A DNA stretch of 64,000 nt, taken from Candidatus Bathyarchaeota archaeon. Lineage in GTDB: Archaea; Thermoproteota; Bathyarchaeia; Bathyarchaeales; DTEX01. Positions within the stretch are counted from its first letter, which is position 1. Each line of letters starts with the position of its first letter. Made by a program: the position numbers and the translations under genes. The stretch is taken from NCBI GenBank assembly GCA_963714275.1, contig CAVQNT010000003.1, forward strand, positions 96,001-160,000, in the 5' to 3' direction. The notes under the pieces were generated by a model. The model made no database searches, was not told the origin of the DNA, and saw nothing but the letters and a program-made list of their open reading frames with translations. Positions 1 through 10,874 of this stretch are shown here, piece by piece.

Positions 1-1
1 C

Positions 2-679
2 CTAAGGTTCAACGATATTTCATTTACTGGTCTTGCCATACCCGCATGCCCTGAAGAAAATGGCACAGTTATGCCTGAGTGCCCAAATCTACCAAAGCTA
101 GGACGAGTCAGAATAAGATCAATACTTATGAAACGTTTGGGATGTAAAGTCGCGTTAGAAAATGATGCTAAATGCTTCATACTCGGGGAATGGCTTGCCG
201 GGGTCGCTAAAAAAACTATGAACATTGTAGGAGTCACTTTAGGAACTGGAATAGGAGTTGGACTTCTATTAAATGGACAACTTTACCGAGGCTATCACTG
301 GTATTCAGGAGAAGTTTGGGACCAACCTATGCTTGAAGGAGGAATCATCGAAGACAGAATCTCAGGAAGAAACTTAGCCAAAAATGCAGGAGCAGCATCA
401 GGCAAGAATGTCGTACAAATGGCTCGTAAAGGAGATCAAAATGCCCTTAAACTGATTGGTTCTTACGGACGTAATGTAGGTTGGCTCCTATCCTTCATAG
501 GGCGATTGCTTGATCCGGAACTTTTTGTTCTTGGAGGTTCATTAGCAGAAGCCTATGATTTGTTTAGGAAAGACATTGACATTTTCATAAAGGAACGATG
601 GGAGATTCGTGTAAGTAAGCTAGGCCATAAGGCTCCAGTGATTGGAGTGCTATGCTTTTACAACATCCGTATCCAGTGA
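2..679 (+). CDS. ROK family sugar kinase/regulator (5'-truncated by window edge)
   Basis: Motifs ALENDAKC..GE, VTLGTGIGVG, LDPELFVLGGS; frame stays open from 71 back to base 2. Confidence 0.85.
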   Translation, partial: LRFNDISFTGLAIPACPEENGTVMPECPNLPKLGRVRIRSILMKRLGCKVALENDAKCFILGEWLAGVAKKTMNIVGVTLGTGIGVGLLLNGQLYRGYHWYSGEVWDQPMLEGGIIEDRISGRNLAKNAGAASGKNVVQMARKGDQNALKLIGSYGRNVGWLLSFIGRLLDPELFVLGGSLAEAYDLFRKDIDIFIKERWEIRVSKLGHKAPVIGVLCFYNIRIQ

Positions 680-891
680 AGCTGAATAACAATATTTTAT
701 AATTGCAGGCTTCCTCAATAATTCTATAAAAAAATTACGAAGATAGGACTGTCTATCCATAATTGAATCGATGAAAGAGCCAAGCTGAAAAAGATTGTAG
801 AAAGAGATGGCTGATAAAAACAAAGTTTTTTTCCATAATTTTAAATATTGTTGAGGGTTTGAACAGCCATTAGTGGATGGAAGACTCCTAA

Positions 892-1752
892 ATGATTTCA
901 AAGAAAATTCTTTTTGTTATCCTTACGTTTGTGGTGGTTCTCTCCATAAGTGTCGTGGCAATCAAGCTCTGGCCTCAAGCTGCGCTCTTCAAGGAGTCCT
1001 TTGAGTTCGATGGCCTGACGCGAACCTATTTGGTCAACGTTCCATCAAGATACGACGATAATATGCCTACACCCTTGGTAATAGTGCTGCATGGATATAC
1101 AGGAACTGCGGAAGGCATGGAAACTTTGACAGGATTCACCACAAAATCAGATGAGGAAGGTTTCATTGTAGTCTATCCGCAAGGACTGGTTCAACGTTGG
1201 AACGTGGGATTTGGAACCCTAAAATTTGACACTGACGACGTCGGCTTCATCAATGAACTCATTAACAGGCTAGAACAAAAATACGCAATCGACCCAAACA
1301 AAATCTACGTTACAGGATTCTCAAATGGCGCAATGATGGCGTACCTTCTGGGAGCCGCGCTCTCGGACAAGATAGCCGCTATCGCTCCAGTCGCAGGCTC
1401 AATCGGCGCTATGATGAACAGTGTCCTTGAAATCATACCTGATCCTTCGCAACCAGTGTCCGTAATCGTCTTTCATGGCACAGCGGACACAAGCGTTCTC
1501 TACGAAGGTGACGGGTTCCTTTCAGTTGCTGAGTCAGCAGCTTTCTGGGTCAGGCATGACGGATGTTCCATAAATCCCCAGAATGAGACTATCTCTAACG
1601 GGCAAGTAATCAAGAGCGTCTACAGTGGTGGCACAAACGGCACAGAAGTCGTTTTATACACTATTGTAAATTTGGCTCACGATTGGCCAACTATGCCAAT
1701 AAAGGCTACTGACATAATCTGGGACTTCTTCATCAGCCACCCAAAACAATAG
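892..1752 (+). CDS. Membrane-anchored alpha/beta-hydrolase esterase (PHB depolymerase/LpqP-like)
   Basis: N-terminal TM helix; LVIVLHG, DDVGFI, GFSNG (GxSxG), FHGTAD, HDWP. Confidence 0.8.
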   Translation: MISKKILFVILTFVVVLSISVVAIKLWPQAALFKESFEFDGLTRTYLVNVPSRYDDNMPTPLVIVLHGYTGTAEGMETLTGFTTKSDEEGFIVVYPQGLVQRWNVGFGTLKFDTDDVGFINELINRLEQKYAIDPNKIYVTGFSNGAMMAYLLGAALSDKIAAIAPVAGSIGAMMNSVLEIIPDPSQPVSVIVFHGTADTSVLYEGDGFLSVAESAAFWVRHDGCSINPQNETISNGQVIKSVYSGGTNGTEVVLYTIVNLAHDWPTMPIKATDIIWDFFISHPKQ

Positions 1753-1822
1753 GGGCTCTGAATCAAAAAAGCTAATTCCGATTCGTATTTAGTAAGTGAA
1801 GATAGTTAATTAACTAAATTTT

Positions 1823-2050
1823 TATTTGTGTTTTTTTTTAGAGAGAGAGTGTATGTATATGTGAGTGAATGAGAGAAGGAAAGCAAGAGCGTATAAGTGA
1901 ATTTGTGTGTGGGTGGGGATTAAAATTTAATCTTTCTCTCTCTCTCTCGTCCTGTTACGTTCTATTCTCTACTGTTCTGTTCTGTTATATGTGCTCTCTA
2001 CACTCTACTCTACACTACTCTACTCTCACAACAAACAACAAACACAAATA
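1823..2050. repeat. Low-complexity intergenic element copy A (11-bp inverted ends, central palindrome)
   Basis: TATTTGTGTTT (1823-1833) and AAACACAAATA (2040-2050) are reverse complements; GATTAAA-A-TTTAATC at 1918-1932; left half recurs at 10501-10612. Confidence 0.75.
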
Positions 2051-2102
2051 TAAAAATACAAAAAGGCAAGAAAACTAATTATTTATCGCAGTTCTCCTTA
2101 TT

Positions 2103-3267
2103 ATGAATGAGATGATGCCATTGGGCTATGATATACACAACATACTCTTCTTTTTTGGTGCTGGAGCGTCGGCGCCATTCGGAATCCCAACCATGAAGCA
2201 ATTTGTGGACGATTTTGAACGGTTTCTGTCTGACAATAGTTCACGCGAAGAAATATCTTTCTATAAGAAAGTGAAAGATACTTTGAACAGTCAACTTAAT
2301 AGAGATATAGACTTAGAGGACGTTTTTACAGTTATTGACGGATATATCAATTTTAACTTTGAAAAACTAGGCGTATTGGCATTATACATTTTTTCTGAGC
2401 TTTCAAAACCAAGATCAAAATCTCCAGATTATATAGAGAAAGATTCTAAAATCTGCGAAAGTCTTAGAGATAAATATCGAAAATTCGTCAAGGATAAGTG
2501 TCTAATACCTGACCAATCCTTTGGAAAAATATCAAATGTTTACAAAGATTTTTTTAATAGATTATTTTTGGAATCTACATCCCCCCGATCTTATGTCGAT
2601 TACCAGAAAGGAGGTTATTGTTACAGTACGAATTGGACGATTTTCACAACAAATTATGATACATGCCTTGAGTATTACTTTCGTGAAGTAGCAGGAGTCT
2701 CATGTTAACACAGGATTCGTCCCCGATGTGGCATCCCAAAAATATGTAATGGATGCACTGACGCTGTTCAACGAACCTGCTGCAATAATAAGGCTCATCA
2801 AACTTCACGGTTCTGTAAACTGGCTTATTGATTCTGAAGGAACAGTATCAGAGGAGTCAGTTTTAGGTCAATCATTTTTCGGAAGGAAAATCGTAGGCGA
2901 GATGATGATATATCCAGTTCAGCAGAAGGACCTCTATCTAGAACCTTATATTTCCATGTACAAACTGTTGAACAATAAACTTTCGGAAAAATTAATTTGG
3001 ATCATTATCGGTTACTCATTCAATGACCCTATCATCCGTGAGATTTTCGTGAGGAACTCGCGTGCAGATAAAATTATGGTTTTCGTTCATCCTGACGCTC
3101 TAAGAATTGCTGTGGAAAGACTGAAGGGTCTCAAAAATGATGTACGACTATTGAATGAGTGGTTTGGGCAAGATGGGCATTACAGGAAGGTCAATTATGA
3201 CATAATAAGTAAACTTATCTCGAATCCGCGATTCGACGCGGAAGAAACACCTGTTTCTCAAAAATAA
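2103..3267 (+). CDS. SIR2-like (SIR2_2-type) NAD-binding protein, frameshift near 2700
   Basis: FFGAGAS..GIP and FTTNYD in ORF 2103-2708; KLHGSVNW and IIGYSFND in ORF 2728-3267. Confidence 0.85.
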
Positions 3268-3406
3268 ATATTCCATTTGCGTGTGTATTAAAATTAGTGA
3301 GCTAGCCCAAACCAAAAAGTAGAATCCTATCGCCTTGATTAATAGCGAGATTTTTTCTTATCTAGAAATTCATCCTTAAGTCGCTGAACATATACATCAT
3401 CACTAG

Positions 3407-4243
3407 TCAATAGCTTTCCTTCGGGGATAGCCCTTTTACTATGAAAGATGCTATTTCATGCCGTACAAGATAGCTTCGGACATTGTTTTTTCCTTTGCAT
3501 TGTTCATGCATCAAAAAATTGTTTAGTGCTATGTTCGAAATCCTCCTCAACCAACTATGACTTGGAAATATCGATATTTGATCGTTAGATATGAAAGCCA
3601 TTGACATCTTATCTGCAACTTGGCTAAGAGTAGGCAAAGTTCTAGCACCGTGAACATAATCGTTACGATAATTATAGTCTTGCTTCAACAACCTTTCAAA
3701 TAACAAATTGGTGTTCCCACGCTTTCCAAGGAATTCAATCTCACGGATCTCGTATTGTGTGAATCTATCAGTTGTAACGTAATTCATAACAAATCTTTTT
3801 AGATTTCTCCATTTTCCATTTCTGTAGAGAATATTTGAAATGCTTTCTAAAGAGAAAACGAGCAGGACAAACGCAATTGAGTAGTTGTTTTCCTTTGTGA
3901 TCAAAGACTCGTTAAATGTCTTAGAGCTATCAATGAAAGCATTGAAGAATGAGGAGTCAATGCAGAGAAGCTTGTTAAATTTTGATTCTACGGCAACTAT
4001 GTCTCTAAATGCACCATTTTCAATAGAAGCATTGAAAACTATATTAGTTCCATTTATTTTTCTACTAAGAATCCTCACTGCTTTGTTTGAAAGAAGAGAA
4101 ACAATATCGGCATATGTTTTAGCTTCAAATTCTTCATTTTCCAGAATAACATATTTAGCAAAGGCTTTGCTAATTCGAAATTCCGCAGATGATTCACTCT
4201 CAGAAGAAAACTTGCATTCTTCCAATTGGATAGAAATTGGCAT
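3407..4243 (-). CDS. Putative HEPN-domain protein (ApeA-like)
   Basis: Helix LLVFSLESI followed by Rx4H motif (YRNDYVHG). Confidence 0.55.
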   Translation of the reverse strand: MPISIQLEECKFSSESESSAEFRISKAFAKYVILENEEFEAKTYADIVSLLSNKAVRILSRKINGTNIVFNASIENGAFRDIVAVESKFNKLLCIDSSFFNAFIDSSKTFNESLITKENNYSIAFVLLVFSLESISNILYRNGKWRNLKRFVMNYVTTDRFTQYEIREIEFLGKRGNTNLLFERLLKQDYNYRNDYVHGARTLPTLSQVADKMSMAFISNDQISIFPSHSWLRRISNIALNNFLMHEQCKGKNNVRSYLVRHEIASFIVKGLSPKESY

Positions 4244-4339
4244 GATCGTAAATTATATTGACCTATTATTTATAGCATGGGAGATTGCTTAAGTCATAAA
4301 TCAGCAATTCTTGGAATCCATGTTTCACGTTCGCCTCTA

Positions 4340-4364
4340 AGGTAGGTAGGGTAGGTAGGTAGGT
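4340..4364. repeat. (GGTA)n microsatellite-like tract
   Basis: aggtaggtagggtaggtaggtaggt, intergenic. Confidence 0.7.
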
Positions 4365-4626
4365 TGTCGTGGGCATCTCAGTACTTTCGCTTGCACTCTA
4401 AAACAGAAATCACCGCCATAACTTCACTAAATAGTTCTCTTTTTTTCCTTCAAATAGTGTTAACTAAGGGAGCGACAGCGAAGTGCACAGACAAAATAAC
4501 ATTTTATTTGGTAACTAACTAGGTAAACATCATTATTCTCTTAAGACGAGATATAATGATAAAGCTAAACTAACCCTGCGGATAATTTATAAACACTAAT
4601 AAATATTTTTTATATGGGTATGTTTT

Positions 4627-4905
4627 ATGAATTTAGAGGAATTGATAGGTAAACAAGTTGTAGATAGCCAAGCGCATATTCTTGGAAAAGTTTTTGGAAT
4701 CGAGTTTGATACGAGTACGTGGAAGATCATGGATATCTGCATAGATTTAGATAAAATGGTCGTAGAAATAATGGGGTTCCAGAAACCAAGGGTCATTGGG
4801 AGCGTTAAGGTCAGTATTCCTGTTGAAGAAGTCAATGCGATACACGATATTATAACATTGAAGAAAAACACGGTTGAGCTAAAAAGCATAGCTAAAAAAA
4901 TCTAA
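4627..4905 (+). CDS. PRC-barrel domain protein
   Basis: ELIGKQVVDSQAHILGKV..IEFDTSTWKI ... IPVEEVNAIHDII. Confidence 0.85.
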   Translation: MNLEELIGKQVVDSQAHILGKVFGIEFDTSTWKIMDICIDLDKMVVEIMGFQKPRVIGSVKVSIPVEEVNAIHDIITLKKNTVELKSIAKKI

Positions 4906-4974
4906 GAATTAAATGTACTCCCAGTTAGCTACTAGATAGCCTCTTTTTTTCTTCTTATAATATTAACTAGCTAA

Positions 4975-5090
4975 TTGTGTGTGTTTTTGTTTGTTTGTTT
5001 GCGTAGAACGTCTGACAGACAGACGGTAGGCGTACGTGTGTGCGTAGCTCAGCTAGCGTCTAAGAGCCCAAAATTAGACTGTTCCCCAAA
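4975..5090 (-). repeat. Low-complexity intergenic element, reverse orientation, degenerate relative of copy A
   Basis: GT/GTTT tracts (CAAA/CA-rich on the minus strand) and CAGA/GGTA motifs; core palindrome not clear. Confidence 0.4.
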
Positions 5091-5184
5091 CACATAGAAC
5101 TTCTAATTCATTTTTCTAGAATTTTCTTTCATATATTTTTTGAGATACAAGAGAAGAACAATCAAAAGAAGGATTTGAATCGGA

Positions 5185-5394
5185 ATGGAAGAACCATTTA
5201 TGGGAAAATATAAAATTGAGATGGTGAATGAATACAAAGTGTTACCTCCAATGGACGAGAAGGCAGTCGAAGCAACAATTAATTCCTACGCTATTGATGG
5301 TTGGAAAGTCTTCGTTTTTAGTCGCACTACAGATGGCGAATACTATGCTCTAATGTTTAGAGTAAAACAGAAAGAACTGAAACCTAAAGGTTAA
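5185..5394 (+). CDS. Small DUF4177-like protein
   Basis: EYKV...EATINSYAIDGWKV...LMFR pattern. Confidence 0.6.
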   Translation: MEEPFMGKYKIEMVNEYKVLPPMDEKAVEATINSYAIDGWKVFVFSRTTDGEYYALMFRVKQKELKPKG

Positions 5395-6748
5395 TTAATT
5401 GTGAAAAAATTTCTCTGCTAGCTTTATACCTATTGCCAAAGCTGATGTCAAGATAGACGTAAGGACCAACATGCCAGAAGAAGCCATCATTAATTGAGAG
5501 GCATTCGTAAATTCACTTAAACCCATCAATACTAAACTTACAAGTAAAGGAATTATTAGAACTACATATGTACATCTTTTTACGTTTCCCAGAATACGGA
5601 CATGCTTATCTAGTAAAGCAATGAGAAACATCATCGGAAGAGAAAAATAAAAGGCTCCTATGAGGAAGCTTGTAGTTAAAATTGCCATGACCACGCTAAA
5701 CTCCGAGCTGAATGTAAGAAAGTTTTGTACTGAAAATGATATACGCATAATACCCATCAAAGGGTAAAGAAAGCCTTTCACAGCCAACTTTGCTGCTTGG
5801 TCTTTCGCAATATAATGTGCTACGCTAGGACTGAATGAATAATACCAAACGTTAAATATTTCTGTAAATTGACTGCCAACAAATGTTGATTTAACTTGAT
5901 TGTCTCTGAATTCTCTTATGAATTGCACTTCTCCTTGTAGCTCTGATTTGATGGTAGCCATGGAAACTAAACAATCTATTAATTCTGAACCGTTTTCCTG
6001 CACCTCTAACAAATACAATCCCGTTTCTAAGCTTACTAACCATAAAATCGACATACTTATAATCGTCCGGAGTCCATCCCAAAGGATTTCTGTCTCCCGT
6101 AGCCTCCACCCAGATCCATCCTGCACCTCTACCATCATCTATGTCCCAGTAAACGTTAGCATTGGGGTATTCAGGGAGATATATTAAAAGGGCAGCGTGA
6201 TCAATCGCATCAACAATCGTCACATCGTAGCCTGCAGCAGAATACATCGCCGTGAGAATGAATGCAAAATCTTCACAGTCCCCATAAGCAACCTCCTGGT
6301 TGTTATAAGCCAGATCGATCATATGAGCCATTTCGTCAGGATTCCAGGCCCATTCTTCTTCTATCTCATTATTAGTAACTGCGAGAACATAGGGGTTTTC
6401 TTCATCATATTTGTATTTTACCATAGATTGTACGAACTTCATTATTTTCTCTGCCCTGGTAACTTGATCAGGATATTCAGTTAGAAACCATCTGCCGTAC
6501 TGATAAGCAAGCTCTCTGTTTTGTCCTAGACTCTCAAAGACTACAGCAGGTAAGTAACCATCATCCCCTGTTGCAGAGTTTCTGTTAATATCCCAGCTAT
6601 CGTACCAATAATATCCTTTTTTAGTAAAGCCTTCACTTTGATCAGCAATCGTACTTTGCACAGGATACAAGAGTATAAGAATCGAACTAATCAAAAGTGG
6701 CAAAGACTTACTTTTCAATTCTCTATTTTCCTCATAGTGGTATAGCAA
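5395..6748 (-). CDS. Secreted transglutaminase-like protein with CFI-box-CTERM domain and C-terminal TM helices, frameshift near 6030
   Basis: Signal-like N-terminus; GDCEDFA, HAAL, WVEATG triad in ORF 5891-6748; CLVSMAT..SEL..EVQFIREFRD...YYSFSP in ORF 5395-6138. Confidence 0.8.
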
Positions 6749-7202
6749 GGCTGGAATTGATTACTAATCCCATAAAAACTTCGTAGCAGAAAATGAATAT
6801 ACCAACAGCTTTTGGCGACTTGTTTATGTTGTCAAGATCTATCCCTTTAGGTTTCACCTTGGCAAAAATATAGTAAAAAAGCCAACCAAAAAAGAGACTT
6901 ACAAACACGCTTATGATTACAATAAGAAACCTTTGAAAGTTAAAGAATCCCGTATACAATACTGTTTGACTTAGGAAAATAGGGTTCAGAGAAGTTCCAT
7001 GGATTACTAGTCCAACAAAAACGAGGAAGCCACCTACAAAGAGAGCAGTAGCATCTGGATCTTTTCTAATAATTGAGAACTCTTTTATGTCTATAGTTAT
7101 TCGGTCAAGAGCAGCTATTCCAAAGAAGCCAATTATCACACAGAACGAACTTGACAGAAGCACCCTTAAATACCACAAAAACATACCCGTTAAGAACGAC
7201 AA
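6732..7202 (-). CDS. Membrane protein with DUF350-like repeats
   Basis: Four TM segments, two LDRIT.DI.EF / KVKP.GIDL type units; overlaps the transglutaminase gene. Confidence 0.6.
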   Translation of the reverse strand: MSFLTGMFLWYLRVLLSSSFCVIIGFFGIAALDRITIDIKEFSIIRKDPDATALFVGGFLVFVGLVIHGTSLNPIFLSQTVLYTGFFNFQRFLIVIISVFVSLFFGWLFYYIFAKVKPKGIDLDNINKSPKAVGIFIFCYEVFMGLVINSSLAIPL

Positions 7203-7460
7203 TATATCTACCTCATTGATGCTCTTAATATTTTTTCTAGCTATGAATTTATATTTTTCCCAATTTTATAATAAATAAATTTTGCTTTGTATGTAGTTGA
7301 ATTTTTTGAAGCAATTTATGTTTGAATCAGCTGTAGTTTTGAGCACGATCTCTTTAAAGAAGGCTATTGCTGAATCACATATTGACAGTAGGAATTCCGA
7401 TTTCTTCGCTACTACAGCTGGAATAGATTGGGTTGAGTGTTATAGCACAAATTGTCAATG

Positions 7461-7790
7461 TTATGAGGAAGCTTTCTTTATAGATTCTTTTAAACCTTCA
7501 ACAGTCTTGTTAAGGACGATAACATCACCGATTGTCTCTACAGTGTCTACTGGAAGGAGAACTTCCATATGTTTCAGGCCAGGAGCCAACTTTAGTGTTA
7601 ATCCGAAAGGCTGTAACATTTTGTCAGACAATGCTATTACTAGGTGGATTACTTTCCAAGTTGAAGTGTCTATTTCAATGGCTGATACTGAGCCCAAATG
7701 TCTACCTTCCTTTGATATAACGTTCTTCGAATTTAAATCGTTTGGACGCAATCCTGCAACACCCCGTTGATGAACGATTATGATTCTCAA
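7461..7790 (-). CDS. PRC-barrel domain protein (start probably TTG at 7751)
   Basis: DLNSKNVISKEGRHLGSV..IEIDTSTWKV ... LPVDTVETIGDVIVL. Confidence 0.85.
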   Translation of the reverse strand: MRIIIVHQRGVAGLRPNDLNSKNVISKEGRHLGSVSAIEIDTSTWKVIHLVIALSDKMLQPFGLTLKLAPGLKHMEVLLPVDTVETIGDVIVLNKTVEGLKESIKKASS

Positions 7791-7995
7791 TAATAAATCT
7801 TTTATGATTCATTATTTTTTCTGTTAGGTTTACTGTGGTTATGGCTAGCTGATATTTTTTAGCGACTGGATAGAATTGACAGATTCTAGTGACTATCTGC
7901 TCAGGTTGGCAATTCTCTACTTATCCTTTCCCAAATTTTGCTTGATTCCTATGAGCTATTTATAGCACACTGCAATATTCCATATTGGTGTCATT

Positions 7996-9679
7996 ATGAC
8001 GCAGTCATCAACAACCAAGCCTTCATTTCTTTCAGTGCAACCTGTCTCAAGGAAGGTTGGGCTTTATGAAAAATTCGAGCTTCGAATCGACTTGAACGCA
8101 ACATATGCCAATCCTTTCAATCCTGAAGAGATTGACTTACAAGCTGAGTTCACATCCCCCACTGGCAAAGAATGGAAGATATGGGGCTTCTATAACCATT
8201 CAAGCTGGTCTCATCTTTGGATGGTTCGTTTCGCGCCGACGGAGAAAGGGGTCTGGAAATATATCGTGAAAGTAAAAGACATAGAGGGCACAGCTCAAAG
8301 CCAAGCTGACACCTTCGAGGTGATTGACTCGTTGCATCATGGTTTCATCAGGATCTCGCCGAATAAGCGCTATCTGATGTATGATGATGGCACATCCTTC
8401 TATGGTGTTGGACTATGGTACAACGATGGTTATGACCTGTTCAACGAGGGACACATTACAGCAGATGGACTTGATGAGCTTAAACGTCGAGGTGCTAATT
8501 TCATCAGCTTCTTTCACACGCCTCTTGAGACTATGGGCACCGGTTTGGGTCGTTATGACCAGAATCGGTGTGGTCGACTTGACCAACTCTTTGAATGGTG
8601 TGAGAAGCGTAATATCCACATATCCTGGAACATGTGGTTTCACTCGCATCTTTCCCAGGCTGTTTGGGGTCCTGGTGGAGCACTATACAGACACAATCCC
8701 TTTCATCTTGTAGCTGATGCTGTTGACTTCTTCGGTAGTAAAGAAGCCTGGAAGTTTCAAGAAAAAATCTGCCGTTACATAATCGCTCGTTGGGGGTATA
8801 GCCATGCATTGTTCCTATGGTTCATCATCGATGAAATTAATGGCACCGAAGGATGGCAGGATGGCGATAAAGATGTCGCCGAAAAGTGGTGTAGAAAGAT
8901 GGACGCCTTTTTCAATGAGCATGATCCCTACGGACGCCCTACCACAGGCACCCAAAGTGGGGGCATCGACGAATGGTGGCCAGGTGGATACAAAATCTTC
9001 GATATTGCAGCTCGCGAAATATATGAAGCGCAGGGACATCCTATGCCAAAGACAGGTAAAATCGACTGTGCCATTGAAAGCCCACTGCAATATAGCCTAT
9101 CGCAACTACTCTACCCAGATCCATAATCTGTGGAAAGGCTTCAACAAACCCGCCATTATCGGTGAGTGTGGCTGGGACCATACATATTATGAACCGGGAA
9201 CGCCAGGATATCTGGCAATGTATCACAATGCCTTATGGGTCAGCCTGACAAATGGTTTATGCTGTACACCATTCTGGTGGGCTTACTCAGATTGGATCAA
9301 CGATAGTGTTGTTACCAATCAAATGCACCACTTAGCAAACTTCGTTTCAGACATCGATTTCGCTCACCATAACCTTAAACCCGCTGAGATCAAGGCAGGT
9401 GACTGCGATGCATGGTGTATGAAGAACGACAAAATTATCTTCGGCTGGGTTGTTAATCCGCGTACCAGTGTTGCCAAAGAATCCTTCACGATCTCGGGGT
9501 TAAAAGATGGGAACTATGAAGTACATATCTATCACACATGGCGAGGTCAATACTTGAATGCGAACACACTTCAGTGTCAAGATGGAAAGCTCACCATCAT
9601 GATTCCAGAATTACAGAGAAGCCAGGACCACGCTTCACACATCGGAAATGACATCGCTTTCAAAATCGTTAGAAAATAA
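7996..9679 (+). CDS. DUF5060 + clan GH-A (GH5-like) glycoside hydrolase, frameshift near 9095
   Basis: YEKFEL..YANPFNP..AEFTSPTG..GFY..W.VRFAP..G.WKY; YIIARWG, IDEIN (acid/base), IIGECG (nucleophile). Confidence 0.8.
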
Positions 9680-9814
9680 TACCTAAAAAACACATGGAAT
9701 CGCCTTTTCACCTATTCTTCGCTAGCTGACTAATATATCAAAAATAGAAAACGAAAAAAAATAAAATGAATCTTCATCAGCATGCAGTTTGCTGATAACT
9801 AGCGTATACTGCGT

Positions 9815-9970
9815 CTAGTATCTTCTTCTACCAAAACTTGACCTTGGGGGTCTTCTCTTGGCAAAGCACTCTTGGCAGTATACTGGTCTTGTGCCGTCGG
9901 GTTTGAAGGGAACTTCGCATTCTTTACCACAATCGGCGCAAACTGCTTTGTGCATTTCACGACTTTCCAT
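9815..9970 (-). CDS. CxxC-x17-CxxC zinc-ribbon small protein (51 aa, absent from ORF track)
   Basis: Hand translation MESREMHKAVCADCGKECEVPFKPDGTRPVYCQECFAKRRPPRSSFGRRRY; AGGAG upstream of ATG. Confidence 0.9.
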   Translation of the reverse strand: MESREMHKAVCADCGKECEVPFKPDGTRPVYCQECFAKRRPPRSSFGRRRY

Positions 9971-10500
9971 GCTCTTTTCACTCCTATGCATTTTGTCTGC
10001 AAGAATAAAGTCTAGTTCTAGAAGCTTTGCTTCCTGCGCAATCTCAGAGAGACGTTTCCCTCTCTATTAAACTTATCCATGACGAAGTTAGAAAACTTAA
10101 TATGGTTAGCTGAAAACTTACGAATTGTGGATACAATGGCAAGGAATTTTAGCTGAAGCTATCTAGCCATGCCAGCCAAACAGCACTTAAGACCGTTTTA
10201 AGCCTAATTCGCTTTCGCAGGCTAAGCTGACTTTTCTCCTTACTAGATCTAGAGTAAATTCTCTTATTCTTTAGACTCTTCGTTAACCAACTTTTCTGCT
10301 TCCATCTTTTAAGAGCCCTTTCCTTTCTTTTTCTTTCCTTTGCTACTTTCTTCATTTTTCTTTTCTCTTTTGTTTTTTTATATTTCTTAGTGGTTCTCGC
10401 TTGATTAAAATTTGTTCTCTTCCATCTATCCTAACAAACCTACTTAACTCTTTAGCATCCAAGATCATCATGAGAAGGAAAAATGTGGGATGCAATCTTC

Positions 10501-10612
10501 TGTGTGTTTTTTAGAGAGAGTGTATGTATGTGAGTGAATGAGAGAAGGAAAGCAAAAGCATATAAGTGAAATAGTGTGTGACGGGGATTAAATTTTAATC
10601 TTTTTCTTCTTC
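10501..10612. repeat. Low-complexity intergenic element copy B
   Basis: Close copy of ~1826-1945 (..gagtgtatgta..gtgagtgaatgagagaaggaaagcaa..tataagtgaa..); palindrome GATTAAA-T-TTTAATC at 10586-10600. Confidence 0.85.
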
Positions 10613-10874
10613 GCTGAAAGTGAAAGAATTGACTGGAAGACAAGCCATTATACAACGCAATATCCAAAATGTTAAGTCAAAACTTTTTTCACAGATAATG
10701 CTACCGTAAGCCAATTTGGTGCCGGGCCTGTGGATACTAAGGCTCAATAAAAGATTCGCCGAAAAGGAAGCAGACTAGAACGCCTAGAATGTGTTAATTC
10801 TTCATAAATTGTTTAAGCGCTAAGAAACGATTTTAGGGCATATCTTAATCTAAGAAACGCGGAAAATCATCGAG

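Noticed and set aside
1869-2078. 69-aa ORF over element copy A (also ORFs 10452-10667 and 13453-13641)
   Set aside because: They translate low-complexity repeat DNA, and the frame is not kept between copies
10149-10355. Lys/Arg-rich 68-aa ORF
   Set aside because: Derived from an A-rich low-complexity tract with no recognisable motif; cannot be supported
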